From: Mobula hypostoma
Lineage: Eukaryota
Assembly (NCBI RefSeq): GCF_963921235.1
Contig: NC_086097.1
Span: 186,622,001-186,686,000 of the forward strand
Length of the DNA: 64,000 nt
Direction: 5' to 3'
Below the pieces are notes generated by a model. That model ran no database searches. It worked only from the letters and a program-made list of their open reading frames with translations, and was not told the DNA's origin. The translations under genes and the position numbers were made by a program. Positions 40,181 through 53,644 of the stretch are shown here, one piece after another; position 1 is the first letter of the stretch; every line of letters begins with the position of its first letter.

Positions 40181-40676
40181 TCCCATTCCATCTCTCACAA
40201 GGCCTGCTACAGGTACAATTCCAATAGCATGCAGCAACTAGTTTCCATTTCTAACAAATACCAACTGTATTTTGACAGCCATTTCATTCTCCAGTGACTG
40301 ATACACTGGATCAGTCATGGTAGAAATTAGATAAAATTAGCAATCCATCTTTGCTGCATCAGAACACCTTTGAAATAATAGACATGACAAACACTTCCTC
40401 CAGCAGCAATCAGTTCACAAAATTTTGATAAACCTGTGATATAATCTTCCAAGCTTTGACATAGACTGCAATCAACTCATTCTGGAACCTGTTATGTAAA
40501 AAGGCAATCACATAATGGGTTGCTTTAACCTGATGATAAAAGGTTTACTATATTTTTAATATTGTACAGTACATACAGAATTTGACATTGATCATAAATC
40601 ACTGAAATTCTTACAAGCTATATTAGTATAATGCATATACAAGATCCTAAAGTTCTGTTATAATCTTCCTGAACAG

Positions 40677-40754
40677 AGTTTTCTTCGAGATTTACTCAAG
40701 AAAGCAAATAGGCCCTTTGATGAAGTGAAGCTGGAGGAGTATACCCTGACTACG
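40677..40754 (+). CDS. calb1: calbindin exon 6
   Basis: Acceptor [38 protein letters not shown]; donor GTAAGA; 78 nt. Confidence 0.93.
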
Positions 40755-40854
40755 GTAAGAGTAAAATCCTAGTAGTTTGCTACTGCAATTGTTTACTGAA
40801 AACATTATAATTTGTTATGTAGAATATTTTTGTAATAAGCATGACTACTTTGTT

Positions 40855-41292
40855 TTCATATTTGAGGAGTATTTGATGGCCCTGGGCCTGTACTCGATGC
40901 GGTTCTGGGTGGGAATCTCATTGAAACTTACCGAATGCTGAAAGGCCTGGATAGAGTAGATGCGGAGAGGATGTCTCCATCAGTCAGAGAGTATAGGAAT
41001 CAGAGAGCACAGGCTCAAAGTAAAGGGACATGAGTTGAGGAGAAACATCTTCAGCTAGATGGTGGGGAATTTGTGGAATTCATTGTCACAAGGGGCAATG
41101 GAGGTCTAATTTAATTTAATGGAGGTGTATTTAATGCAGAAATTCCTGGGTTCTTGATTGGTGAAGGGGTTAAAGGTTACAAGAAGACAGGGACATGGGG
41201 TTAAAAAAAACAGTCATGATTGAATGGCAGAGCAGACTTAAGTCTAAATGGCCTAATTCTGCTCCTATGTCATATGATTTATAGGTCTTATG
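40855..41292 (+). mobile_element. CR1 3' fragment
   Basis: GGCCCTGGGCCTGTACTC..AATGGCCTAATTCTGCTCCTATGTC. Confidence 0.8.
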
Positions 41293-41604
41293 AGGAACTT
41301 AATTAATGAAAAATATCCATGTTTACAAACTACAAAAATGCAAAAAATTACAAAAATATATGCGCCCAGCTTTTAATAACTTAAACATGAGAACCTCCTG
41401 ATTGAATTTAAAAAATGAATCAGCATTTTCAAATGAGATATCAGTTTGTACTAATGCTTAGATGATTGGCATTTAACAATAGACATGTAATTATTAGGGA
41501 AAAATATGAAGAATAACTGACCCATCCAAGTGCCCAAGGAGAAATGGGCCTCCTCCCCAGGAAACCAGTCTCAAAGAAATAGCTAAAAATTAATTGATTA
41601 CCTA

Positions 41605-43035
41605 AGGCAAATACACACTAAATGCAGCAGGAACTCAGCAAGTCAGAAAGCATTTACAGAGAGGAATAAATAGTTGACATTTTGGGCCGATGCCCTTCCT
41701 AATGAAGGGAGGATCTGACTGACTGGAAAGGAAGGGAGTGTATGGGGCAAGGGGGATAAAGTAAGAAGCTGGGAGGGGATGGGTGTAAGAGATAAAAGTA
41801 AGATAAAACAAAACTTTAATTTATCCCTTAAGTAATTATTGTTGCAAGGCTGTTCAGTCAGAAATATATACTTCAAAATACAGAATATAAGCTTTGAGGT
41901 ATGAAAAAACACAAAATGTGCACTAAAAGGTAATAGTGTAAAATACAGATGTGCAATGAAACCATATGCTTATATACTTAAGGAGGAGTTGTAGAGTCTT
42001 CTAGCCACAGGGAGAAAGGATCTCCTGTGGCATTCAGTGGTGAACCTCGGTGGAATCAGTCTGTTATTAAAGGTGCTTTTCCATTTGTCCAGTATGTCAT
42101 GGAGGGGGTGAGAGGGATTGTCCATAATGCTCTATAGCTTCTTCAGCATCCTCCTCTCAGACACAACGGCCAGGGTGTCCAGTTCCATCCCCAGAACAGA
42201 ACCAGCCTTCCTGACGAGCTTATTGATGATCTTGGCATCAGCTACTCTCATCCCGCTGCCACAGCAGACTACAGCGGAGAAAGGGCTGAATAAGAAATCT
42301 GATAGAAGCAGACCGTGGACCATGGAAGTAAAAGTAGTGGAGGGGGGTGAAGCAGGGGGAGGTGATGGGTGAAGGGCAGTTGAGGAGAAGAGAAGTGGTG
42401 ACAGTTTAACCAAGATGGTGAATGGAAAAAGGGAGGAGGGAGGGAAGAGGCAGTAATTACTAGCGGCTGGAGAAATCAATGTTCATGCCATCAAGTTGAA
42501 TGGATATTACCCAGACGAAATATGATATTTTGCTCCTCCAGTTTGGGTTTGGCCTCATCATGGCAGTAGAAGAGACCATGGACAGATATATCAGAATGGG
42601 AATGGGAAGTTGAATTGAAATGGGTAGCCACTGGGTGATCTTGCCTTTCGCAATGGACAGAAAGAAGGAGCTTGACGAAGCAGTTCCCCAATCTGTATCG
42701 GGTCTCACTGATGCAGAGGAGGTCACACCAGGAGTATCAGATACAATAGATGTCCCCAACCTACTTTCAGGTGAAGTGCTCCACACTTAGGACTGTTTTG
42801 TGGTGAGGGAGGAAATATAGGGCAGATACAGCACTTCAACCTACTCACCTTCCCCCTCAGTTTGTCTCAACCATCACCTGCCAGCTTCTACCTTTCCCCT
42901 CTCCCACATTCTCATTCTGGCTTCTGCTCCCTGCCTTTCCAGGGTGAAGGGTCTTGACCCAAAACATCATAGATGCTGCCTCTAGCATTTTGTGTGTTAC
43001 TCAAGATTTCCAGTGTCTGCAGAATCTAGTGTTTA
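41605..43035 (-). mobile_element. Penelope-like fragment with inverted terminal repeat, interrupted by a Rex1 piece (~41900-42275)
   Basis: GIY-YIG C-terminal PVATHFNSTSHSHSD..LEEQNIIFRLG; Rex1 AVVCCGSGMRVADAKIINKLVRKAGS. Confidence 0.75.
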
Positions 43036-46000
43036 TGATTAAACAAAACTGGAAAAAAAATTATAAAAAGTACATTACTCCAAAATTAAGGTGATTTGGT
43101 ATTTCATGAGGTGTGAAATGTACTATAAAATTTCTGCATTTTCTCTTTCTTTGATAATTTATATCTGGAAATAAATGTGTTTGCCTTGACTTTCTTATTA
43201 ATAGTGAAATTCTATACAAAAATTTCATGGCAAGTTATCATATACATTCTACAACATGCAGCACAGTGGTGGAGTGAATGTGATGATACTCTTAAATATT
43301 TTTCTCTTTGCTATTTTAATTGATTTTATGATTCATGAACCCTATGTACATTGAATTTCTAATCAATATTCCCTAGTTTAATGATTAACGGTGATGGCTG
43401 CTCCATCAGTGAATAAATGAGATCTTTAGGGTTCACTCATTGGATACACTGCCTCTCCAGCCCTGCATATAATTTCTAATCAGAGCATGACAACGCTTTG
43501 CAGCCTTCAGGGATAAATTTCTTTGTGATGGTCCCTGCGCCCACCTGTGCAGTCCCGTTTGTTAGCACAGTTACGTCATTGTTGACATTTATATTATCCA
43601 TCAACTCCTGTAGTTCTCTAATTCTGCCATTTCGGTACAAAATCTTCTCCAGGAAGAAATTAATCTTACTGTGCAAAATGGAACAGACTTTAATTAAAGA
43701 CCTGTTTTTCATGCGCATTATCTAAGCAGCCAAATCATCATTGTATCCTACAATGCTAAAACTATTACAAATGCTTTTAATAAGCTGATTGTCTTGTATG
43801 TGAATCAAAAACTGAAAATACTGAAAATAAGTCAGGCTTGAAACATTAACTCTGTTTCTTCGTAGATGCTGCCAGACCTGTTGTGTGTTGGAGCAAATTT
43901 TGTTCCAGATTTCAGCAACGGTGATCTCTTCTTTTTTGATGGGTGTATACAGATTGTATAATCACAAACAAAACATGTACACCCCACATTTAAGACCATC
44001 TCCACTATCGTGCATCCTCCATCCAATCAACCTTCTATTGGTACATAGTGCTCCTTAGTGGATATGTAGCTCTAGGTAGTTTATCAGTGTCATTCTGCAC
44101 CTGGAAATCTTATGAACTAGCAATTACTGGTACAATTCAGGGGTTTTATTTAGTTCAGTTGGGATCACTGTGGGCCAATATTTTACACCCACATGAACTG
44201 TTTCATACATCAAGCATGGCTCAGAGTGACCACCACATGCTTACCCCTCTATTCATTGAAATTATAGCCTTTGAAGCATATATAATGTTAATTAATCTAT
44301 TTTATTAATTATTTTTACCTGTGTTCCAGAAAACATTAAAATAAGTAATGTAGAAAAGTTGTTAATAAGTACTTCCATTTGTATTAGTGCTATCTAGGAG
44401 AACATACATTAATATGGCTAAATATTTCTATTCTATTGATCAATTTCAAAATGTTAAATATATAATTGAAATTGGTTAATCTCCTTGAACATTTTAAATT
44501 CTGAAACCATTTGGATAGATTAAAATATCACTCATACACATTTTTCAAAATGGTTGATAATCAGAGTTAATTTTGCTCTCTTCCAATGATTTTGCTTGTA
44601 TTTCTTCTTGAGTTCAATTAACTTGTATCACAGTACTTTGCTCTGAGTCTAAAGAAGAGACTCTTAAACTACATATATTGGAGTGGGTAGAGGCTTTGGG
44701 TATGAGTGAACCATACTGCTTCAATTTAATATTGTCACAACCATTAATTTCTTTAAAATTTCAGAAACTCAACAGTTTAATTTTCAGTTCAAGAATGAAT
44801 ATATAGCAATTCAGACATATACTGTTTAATCTCAGTACAGTGAAGATCATGAACCTGAACTTATGCATATTTCTAGAAATGGAGAATTTATTGTCCAGAG
44901 TAATCAGTTGTTACTCACTGAAAGCAGTTCTGTTAGAGCCAACTTTGACCTTAGGAAAGTAGGACGATGTCTGCTCTTGTTTTAATTGCTAGTCAATTCT
45001 ACTAAAGGAGGAAGTGACACAGGGCTAACTTCATTGCTGTCACGGGTACATATTAGGTCAGCAGGTTCTTATTTTTCCACTGACTTAGATGATCCATGCC
45101 TGAATTGATATCTACACTATCCTGTCAAACAAAGCTAATCTAAATACTATATAATTGCCATTAGTGCAACATTTGAAAATGGTAATAGTGAAAGAAAGGA
45201 GGATTATTTGAAGGATGCAGAGTTGCCACTGATCCTGTGGAATGAACAGGTAGAGCAAGTTAAAAGAAGTATATAATTAGAATTTTCTGGTTTAAGCTCA
45301 GTAATTTTAGCAAAGTTAGGGTAACACTGAGAAAATGGTATAAATTACTAGGAGACCAAGTATCTTGATACTAAAGATTATCAAGTAAAAGCTCCTGCAA
45401 CACAAAAGTCTGATGAAAAATATCAAAGAGATTCTGTTGACTCTCCCAAACAAGAATCTGGAAATTCAGAGAGGAATACTACATGTTTTTGATCAATTCT
45501 GAATCCAAATGTAATCATTATTTCTTTGATCAATGCTTCTTGAACACATGGAAAACATTTCACATGTTCATTGAGAAACCTGTTCCTTGCAAGGTAAGGC
45601 ATGTAACTTTGTTTTCATTTAATAACCCCTACTCAAAAAACCCCTTTCCTTTACAGTGTATGTGACATACAACAATGTTTCTAACATTGTCTTACTGTTG
45701 TCCATGACATCTCATTCCAGGAAGCTAGGAAATTCATTTTGTAGCATTTGTCCTCACTCTTATAAAATTCAGTGAGATTTTTTTAAGGTAGAGGATAATA
45801 AACTGCAAAACTTAATTGCAAAATCCATTTTCTGGACACTTGGCAATAAGGCTTAACATTGTTGATTTATAAGATTGCATTATAGAGCATTTTTGAAGTT
45901 ATGTCACTTCATTAGTTCTGATTCTCAAATAGAGATTAATACAATACAGCACAGGAACAGATCATTTTGGTACACAGTATCTATGCTGCCAAGCTTCCAT

Positions 46001-47544
46001 ATTATATCAGTCCTATCTCCCTGCACAGGATCCTTATCCCTTCATTCTCTAAACATTCATATGCCTGTCTAAATGTCTCTTACTGCCACTATCTCGACTG
46101 CTTCCTCCACTACCACCCCGTCAGTGTCTTCTGGATACCAACAGCATTTTGTGTACAACAAATTTTCCCCACACATTTCCTATAGTTCCAACACTTATCT
46201 TAAAAAAGGCATCAAATCAACTTGCTATTTACCTCAATGTATCTTTGATAATATTTCCATCATTGTCGTTATTATTAAAGAGCAAGATACTCAAAAAGTT
46301 CAAGGTAATGAAGCAGTCAACATGGTTTTATGAACGAGAAATCCTGTTTATTGGAGTACATAGAAGAAGTAACATGTACTGTTGATAAAGAGAAAACAAT
46401 AGGTGTGCTGCACATGAATCTCCAGAAGAGTTTTGATAACATATTGCATGAAGGGTTAAAATGGAAAACAGTAGCTCATGCTGTAAGAAGTGCTATGGGA
46501 ATGGATAGAAAATTAGTTTTTCCTGTTAAGGAATAGAGAGCTGGTATCATTGTTTTTCTGGATGGCAAGGTTTAAAGAATGATGTGCTGCTCTCTGGTGC
46601 TGGCTTGATGCTGCCCTCTGGTGTTTGTTTGGTCTTGCCTTCCAGTGTTCGCTTAGTGGAAGAACAACTGGACATTCAGGGAATTGGGCTTTTTTTTGTG
46701 ACTGTGTTTTTCTGAAATCGTAACCCTATGTGCTATTTATGCAATGTGCAGTGTGCTGTTGGTGATGTGTTTTGCATCTGGACCGCAGAGGAACATTGTT
46801 TCATTTGGCTATATTCATCTATGGCTGAATGATAATTAAACAGGCTCTAATTCAAGTGCAAGTTATCTTGGAAAATAGTTCATTAATTCCTAGGAGAAAG
46901 TTGGCATTCGGGGAAAAAAAGAATAAAAAGGTTCATTCTAAACTCCATGAAGGATTGGAAATTATATACCAGAGACATAGTGTCAAGAGAAAGAGTCAAC
47001 CTCTTAAGACCACTAAAGTGTGGAAAAATTTTTTTTCAAATAGGTTTGTGAATATTTAGAATTAACTTCCTTGAAGCTGTTATGTTGGGTAATTAAGTAT
47101 TGGGTGATCAAGGCTGCAATAGGTTTTGGAACAGAGGAATAAAGGGCTTGGTGATCAGACAAGAAGGCGGAGTTGAGGTCAAGATCAGATCAATCATGAT
47201 TTTATAGAATGGCTTGAATAGGCATCACCTACATTTATTTATATCTTCTAGATGAATAATGTCTCTTTCTTCACCCAACACCTCCTCGGTGTTGGCTGGG
47301 TTACCAATGTAAAACAGCTATTTGGTAAAATTACAGTGGCAGATAATATAATATGAAAAGGAATGTAATAATTGGTATTTAAAAGTTAATCCATGTTGAT
47401 ATCAACTTAGAGATTGGTTCATGAGACTATATTTCTCCCTCTGCATACCACATGCTAGGCATAATCATCCTGAGATCCATATATCTCTGTATATAAATGT
47501 CCCATTAACTGTGCTCACAAGTAATGCAGTGGATGGCACAAGGG

Positions 47545-47720
47545 ATTGCAGACGCTGGAATTTGGAGCAAAAGACAAACTACTGAAGAAGCACATATTTA
47601 GGCAGTGTCTGTAGAGGAAAGTGGACAGTCTGGACCAATGAAGGATCTCAACTTGAAATGTGGACTATTTCTCTCTACAGAGGCCACCAAACTCACTGAG
47701 TTCCTCCTGTATTTGTATTT
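47545..47720. repeat. Palindromic Penelope terminal fragments
   Basis: TGTAGAGGAAAGTGGACAGTC versus GACTATTTCTCTCTACA with flanking complementary arms. Confidence 0.5.
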
Positions 47721-48024
47721 TGGTTCACTAAAATCATGACTTGTGATTAATAAATTGGAGCTGGTATGAGGACAGAAAATATCAAATAGAGTAAGTTGTT
47801 ATAAACATACTGGGACATTCAGATGGAAATGAGTGCAAAATAAATTTAAAATATCAAAATATCATTGATTAATTTCCTTATCTGTAAATAAATTTCCTTT
47901 TGTAACAGGAAAATCCTGATAACCTAATGCAACATTTTGTTTATGAAAATTTCAACTTATTTATACTTTCTGAACAGGATAAATATTTGATCTACTTTAG
48001 GAAACTTATTTCTTATTTTTCCAG

Positions 48025-48080
48025 CTCAAAATGTTTGATTCAAATAATGATGGAAAGCTGGGACTCAGCGAAATGGCCAG
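48025..48080 (+). CDS. calb1: calbindin exon 7
   Basis: Acceptor [27 protein letters not shown]+AG (EF4); donor GTATGT; 56 nt. Confidence 0.95.
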
Positions 48081-48171
48081 GTATGTAATTTAAAATATAC
48101 ATTTTATTTAAATCAAAGAGCTTCATTTATGTAATGTAAGTTGACAAACACATGTTCATTTTTTTGAATAG

Positions 48172-48211
48172 GTTACTTCCTGACAAAGAGAATTTTCTTC
48201 TCAAATTTCAA
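48172..48211 (+). CDS. calb1: calbindin exon 8
   Basis: Follows a 91-nt intron; (R)[13 protein letters not shown]; donor GTAGGT; 40 nt. Confidence 0.93.
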
Positions 48212-48861
48212 GTAGGTACTATTATATTCGTATGTTTCACAGTTGGAAAGGAAAAATCTATCAAACATATAAGGATAAAGGGTTCTGTACACTTTGGCAA
48301 ACGGGGTCTTGACCACTACATTCTACAATTCAACCCTTTATCCTCAACCTTGCATAACACATTAAACTGCTGATTGATTGTATAATATACATGAATTGTC
48401 TGCCATTGTTACTCTTCTTATTACTGTCATTTTAGTTTCATCACATTTCCAATCATGCTAGAAATTTGCTTATCAATTTGTTTTTGTTGGAGATTTGCAG
48501 TTTCTATCTGTAGGGTAGGCAACAATCTGATGCTATTTACAAGTCCTCATAACATACTTAATGGCACATCACTAATCAATGTCAAACCAACTCAGTATTA
48601 GTCTACTAAATATCTTGGGGTAGGTACCAGATTATTATTTTTTTATCAATACCTAGCTATAAACTACACAAGTGGTTGCAGAACTTTTAAAACTATTCTT
48701 CACATATTTTCTCATATGTCAGTAGGATAGTAGAAAATTGATCTACTTCAACATCACTGTCTCCAAGAACTTACTCCCCTACTTTTTCATTTTTGCTAGA
48801 CCACAAATTCCTGGTCTCCCTTAAGTATCACTCAAACCCAAAACATACAAAATAATCAGCT

Positions 48862-49035
48862 AGGGGTGGCCAACCTTTTACATTCCATGCATCAATTTTT
48901 TCGCTCACGAGTTAGGATGTGCCATACAACTCTTGTACCCCCATTCAATTCTTGTAAAAATATGTTGATATACGTTTGCAGAACTCGTGCGTGAAAAAAA
49001 TTGAAGCATGGAATATAAAAGTTTGGCCACCTCTG
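48862..49035. mobile_element. hAT (Charlie-like) MITE
   Basis: ~55-bp imperfect TIRs GGGGTGGCCAACCTTTTACATTCCATGC / GCATGGAATATAAAAGTTTGGCCACCTCTG; target AGCTAGAG on the right, AGCTAG on the left. Confidence 0.7.
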
Positions 49036-49436
49036 AGCTAGAGGAACTCAGCCGGTTGAACAGCATCAGTGTATATATGTGCATGAATTATCGATGTTTC
49101 GGGTCACCATGTCAACAAATCCTTCCTCCTCATAGATGCTGCTTGACCTACTAAGTTCTTCCAGCAGATTGTTTATTGCTCCAGATTCCAGCACCTGAAA
49201 AGCCCTGTGTCTCCATAATACACACTATTTGTTTAATTATATCAATGGTCTCTCAATAATCTCCAGATCACCTTCAGCGATATTAAAGGTTCATTCACAG
49301 AACATAGAACATTATAGCACAGAACAGATTAAAATCATATTTTCAGATGTCTTAAGTGGTCTTAGAGTCAGATGTTACATATTGATTGAATGCCTTGGTA
49401 TGTGCTTGCTGAGTTGTTTTTTTCCTCAATTTTTAG

Positions 49437-49490
49437 GGGGTGAATATGTCTTCAAAAGAATTCAATGATATCTTTGATTATTATGACCAG
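49437..49490 (+). CDS. calb1: calbindin exon 9
   Basis: Acceptor [25 protein letters not shown]; donor GTAATT; 54 nt. Confidence 0.93.
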
Positions 49491-49794
49491 GTAATTTTTC
49501 TTTACTTTACCTAATGCTAAGTTGCTGTCTTATGACCAGTCAAACACGCCTGACAAATGTACTGAGCATTATTACAAATAGGCAACATGCCACGCCTTTC
49601 CTTCACAAACTCTGCATATTGCATCCTGCACCACTGGTAGGACAGATCCACCTTTGGAAGGTTGGGACTTTTGGGAGAAAGTACAGTGGTGTCAATAGAT
49701 GTGAGTACTCTGGAGGTCCTTAATAAAGCCTGTGGATCCCCATTAGGTTTTGTGCCATTGAGTGAAGCTATGTCCTTCAGGACTGAGCAGTGTT

Positions 49795-49970
49795 GCTATG
49801 ATGATGATAAAATTTCAGTTTTGGTTTTACTGGATCTTAGTGCTGCTTTTAACACAGTTGACCATGGCATATTACTGAATAGACTGGAAAACTGGGTGGG
49901 AATTTCTAAAATGGCTTTCAGTCCTAAAATGGCTTAAATCATATTTACCGGACAGGGACTATTTTGTATT
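49795..49970 (+). mobile_element. L2 LINE RT fragment (left part)
   Basis: ISVLVLLDLSAAFNTVDHGILLNRLENWVG. Confidence 0.85.
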
Positions 49971-49974
49971 CATT

Positions 49975-52900
49975 ATTTGAATTGAATTTATTTAAATCTT
50001 GCGTCCATCCCACAACGTGAAGGGGTAAATATCTTTGTGTTACTCCGTCACAATGTACAGACATGTGAATTTATAGTAGATTTAGTACAGCTACTAGGAC
50101 TTGATGTTTCAATCCCTATGGTAAGTTGGCACTCTCGATGATGGCAGTGGTTTTGGAGTGGTGACAAGGACGGAGGGTAGGTACGTCACCAGTGTCATCA
50201 GGTGGGCACCCTCCTTCCTTGACATTTCATTGATAAGCCCACGACATCTCCAGAGGGCTCAACGATGCTACCTGGCGTCCCAGATACACCCCCTCAGTTC
50301 CATACCCTCCTGTCTTCATCTTGCAGCCAAGTTGTTGTCTTTCCTTTTAATCCAAATCCAATTGCTGCTTTCTTCTGCTGCATTTGACAAGGATTTGATT
50401 GCTCTTTGGACGGAGTGACCCCTCACCCCCATCTTCTTCAATAGACTGGTTGTAGATGTAGCAACGAATCCACTGCATCCCACTTCGACAGGGAAAATCT
50501 TGGTCTTCCAGCCATTCTGGGCAGCTTCAGTTGCCAGTTCAGAGTACTTGGTCTTTTTCCTCTCATAAGCTTCTTCGACACCATCTTCCCATGGTACTGG
50601 CAATTTCACAACATACGCCAGCTTGGCTGTTGTGGACCACAGGACCATGTCTGGCCAGAGTGTCCTAGCCACAATGTCTTGGGGAAACACAAGCTTTTTT
50701 TTCCAAGTCCACGTCCATTTTCCAATCCTGAGCAACCTGCAGAGTGCTTACATCTTTTGATGTTATATGGTGCTCTGGAGGTTGGCCTGCTGGTACAAAT
50801 CGTGTGATGTGGACACTTCCTGCCAATGTTTGTGGGAGAGCATTTGTGGTGATTCGCCTCTGTTCCAAGATTGATGCCAGCTGTCTTAGAACTTGGTTAT
50901 GCCGCTAAGTGTACCGCCCCTGGGTGAGGCTCGTGGTGCATCCTGTTAAAATGTGCCTTAGTGATCCAGGTGCTTGACAAAGAGAGCAAGCGGGGTCTTC
51001 TCCCCACCACTGGTTCAGGTTCTGGGGTGTGGGTAGGAGGTCATAAGTGGCTCTGGTGACAAAACTTAGCCAAGATCTCTCCACCTCCCAGATGTCACGC
51101 CAGCTAAGTTTCCTCTTTTCCAGGCTCTCCCAATTAGTCCAGTGGCCCTGCTTGGTCATTGAGACAGCCCTGGCGTGTCGCTCTGCCTCCTCCTGTCTTC
51201 TCAACTGCTCCACCATGAGTCGTCTCTTCTGTTCTGATGTTGACTTGTGCCATTGAGGAGCCTTTGGGATGAGCCCGCGCCCAGCTCTCCCATGTTGGAC
51301 TTGGCCAAGCACATCTCTGAAGCGAAGAGCAGACTTAGCACTCTGAACAGCTTCAGATGGGGTTCACTTCCTCTCTGTTGCCACATGGGGGGGGGCACTG
51401 TTTGAATAACAGTATCTTCAGATTCAGTGAGGGTCATGACCAACCTTGCTTTGGTGCATTTGAATTCTTCCACAAGACTTGCAACTGGTAATTCCAATTT
51501 GCCATTCCTGTACAGTCCAACAGGACTTAAGCATCGTGGAAGTCCAAACCACTGTTTTATATGTGTACGGATCATTCTTTCTAGCTTTTCAACCTTGCTG
51601 ATGGGGATTTCATACACTGCTAACGGCTACATGAGTCTTGGGAGTATGCCGAACTGGAAGCACCACAGCTCGAGTTTTCCTGGCAGCAAGGTCTTGTTGA
51701 TGAGAGCTATGTGCATGATGGTATCCTTTTTGAGTTGTTCAAACTGCTCGGTGTCCTTAAGCTTAGCATCATACCATCGGCCCAAGCTCTTCACTGGCAT
51801 TTCTGAAAGAGTTGGTACAGGTGTCCCGTCAATATGAAATCTTTTATCCGTGACTTGACCTTTGACAATGGAGATGCTTCTGCACTTCCTGGGCTTGATC
51901 TTCATCCTCGCCCATGTGATGTTTTGATGATGCTTTTCCAGAAGTCTCTTGGTGCAGGGGACAGTTGTCATCAGTATCGTTATATCGTCCATATAGGCTC
52001 GTATCGGTGGTAACTGTTGACCAAACTGTAGCCCTTTTCCTCCCACAACCCATTTTGAGGCTCTGATAATGAGCTCCATTGCCATAGTGAAGGCCAATGG
52101 GGAGATGGTGCACCCCGCCATGATGCCTACTTCCAGGGGTTGCCACACTGTGGTGAAGTCTGATGTTGTGAGACAGACTTGCAGATCCTGGAAGTAGTGT
52201 TTTACCAGATTTGTTATTGTTGCAGGCACCTGAAAGAGTTCAGAAGCAGTCCACAGTAGGGAATGAGGAACTGATTCACAGGCATTGGCCAGGTCGGGGA
52301 ACAAGACATGCAGATCCTTTCTTTCTTTCTTAGCCATCTGGATTTGATGCCATATGATGCTGGTATATTCAAGGCATCCCGAGAAGCCTGCTATGCCAGC
52401 CTTTTGGATTGACGTATCAATGAAATGCTTTTGTCTCAGTTACTTTGTAAGTCTTTGCACCAACACGCTGAAAAAGATCTTGCCCTCTATGTTCAGAAGG
52501 TTTATTTGGTGAAACTGCTCGATGGTGGACGAATTCTTTTCTTTTGGGATCAGAACTCCCCCGCTCTTCTCCAGGCTTTGGGAATAACTTGCTTTTCCCA
52601 CGCAACCTTCATGTTTTTCCAAAGGAATTTCAGAACATCTGGGGTGTTCTTGTAGACACAATATGGAACACTGTTAGGGCCTGGCGCAGATGCCAATCTT
52701 GCTTTCTTCACTGCCTCTTTCACCTCACTCAGCTTGGGAGGGCTGATGTTAAATTGACGTTGTGTGGGTGCGATTGGTGAGATGTCAGCTGGGACAAGTA
52801 TCGGTTCATCTTTTCGCTTATCAGTGTGGATGATTCTGAGATGTCTTTCAACCTCCTCTTTTGATACTTTCAAGTATCCACTTTTTTCTCTTTAGTGAAA

Positions 52901-53644
52901 ATGCCTTTCACATGTTTAAAGGGATCTTTGTAGAAGTCTGTTCTTGCTTTTTCCTTCTTTTTGCGTCGTTTCCTTAAATTCTCTGCTCTGCGCAGCTTCG
53001 AGAGCCTCTGTTTTAGGTCCTCTTGAAGGAAGTTGATGCCCTCCCTTTCTTCTGCTGTTGCTTTTTTCCACAACATCCTCAGGCCTCTTCTTTCTTTAAC
53101 AAGTCATTGGATTTCCTGGAGACGACGGGATTTGGGGGGAGGAGGCATATCTTTCCTGCTGACTTGTTCCTTCACTCCAAATTTCTCCTTTCCGTGGCTG
53201 ATGATCAGGTCACCCATCCTCTCCAACTTCTTCTCTGCTGATCCACTGATGCCACAAGATCAGGCTCATATCTGCATTGATGGTTTCCCACTCCCTGCTG
53301 TTAGACTTTGGCCATTTCACCAACGGCTTATGTCCTTGCATGTTCTCCACTTTATGATGTGTCTGGCTGTGTCTTGGACTGCTGCTTATGCCTGAAATTT
53401 CTTCCACATCCCATAGGGTGCTGATACTCTGTGGACTGTGGGTTTCTTCCTGCCACTGGGTTTCATCCAACTGATTTGACCTTCCTCTTAACAGAATCTG
53501 GTCAATGCGGGGCCCTGGGTTGGAGATCTTCAAGCATTTCTTCCGTCCTTGATGAATTTTTAGACCACGAGTTGATGTTACTTTAGTCCAGCCACACCTA
53601 CAGGTCTGAAGAACATGTCCAGCTGCTGCTTTCTCAAGAGCATT
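49975..53644 (-). mobile_element. HERO-clade (RLE-encoding) non-LTR retrotransposon, near complete but frameshifted
   Basis: N-terminal CRCG..GLKIHQGRKKC zinc finger; RT DLANA..VPH, GIMAGCTISPLAF, AYMDD; CSLC..HILTGC knuckle, RHNQV; endonuclease PDMVLW..VPWEDGVEEAYERKKTKY..PVEVGC. Confidence 0.8.

Larger units (their letters stand above)
4815..49490 (+). other. calb1: Calbindin (calbindin-D28k) gene, coding exons 1-9; 3' exons not found in window
   Basis: Nine GT-AG exons of 88,77,75,81,57,78,56,40,54 nt splice to [220 protein letters not shown], a 75-nt exon 3, [17 protein letters not shown] and FDSNNDGK favour calb1 over calb2. Confidence 0.88.

Noticed and set aside
43476..43718. 80-aa minus-strand ORF as a nested gene
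   Set aside because: No recognisable domain or splice structure; length expected by chance.
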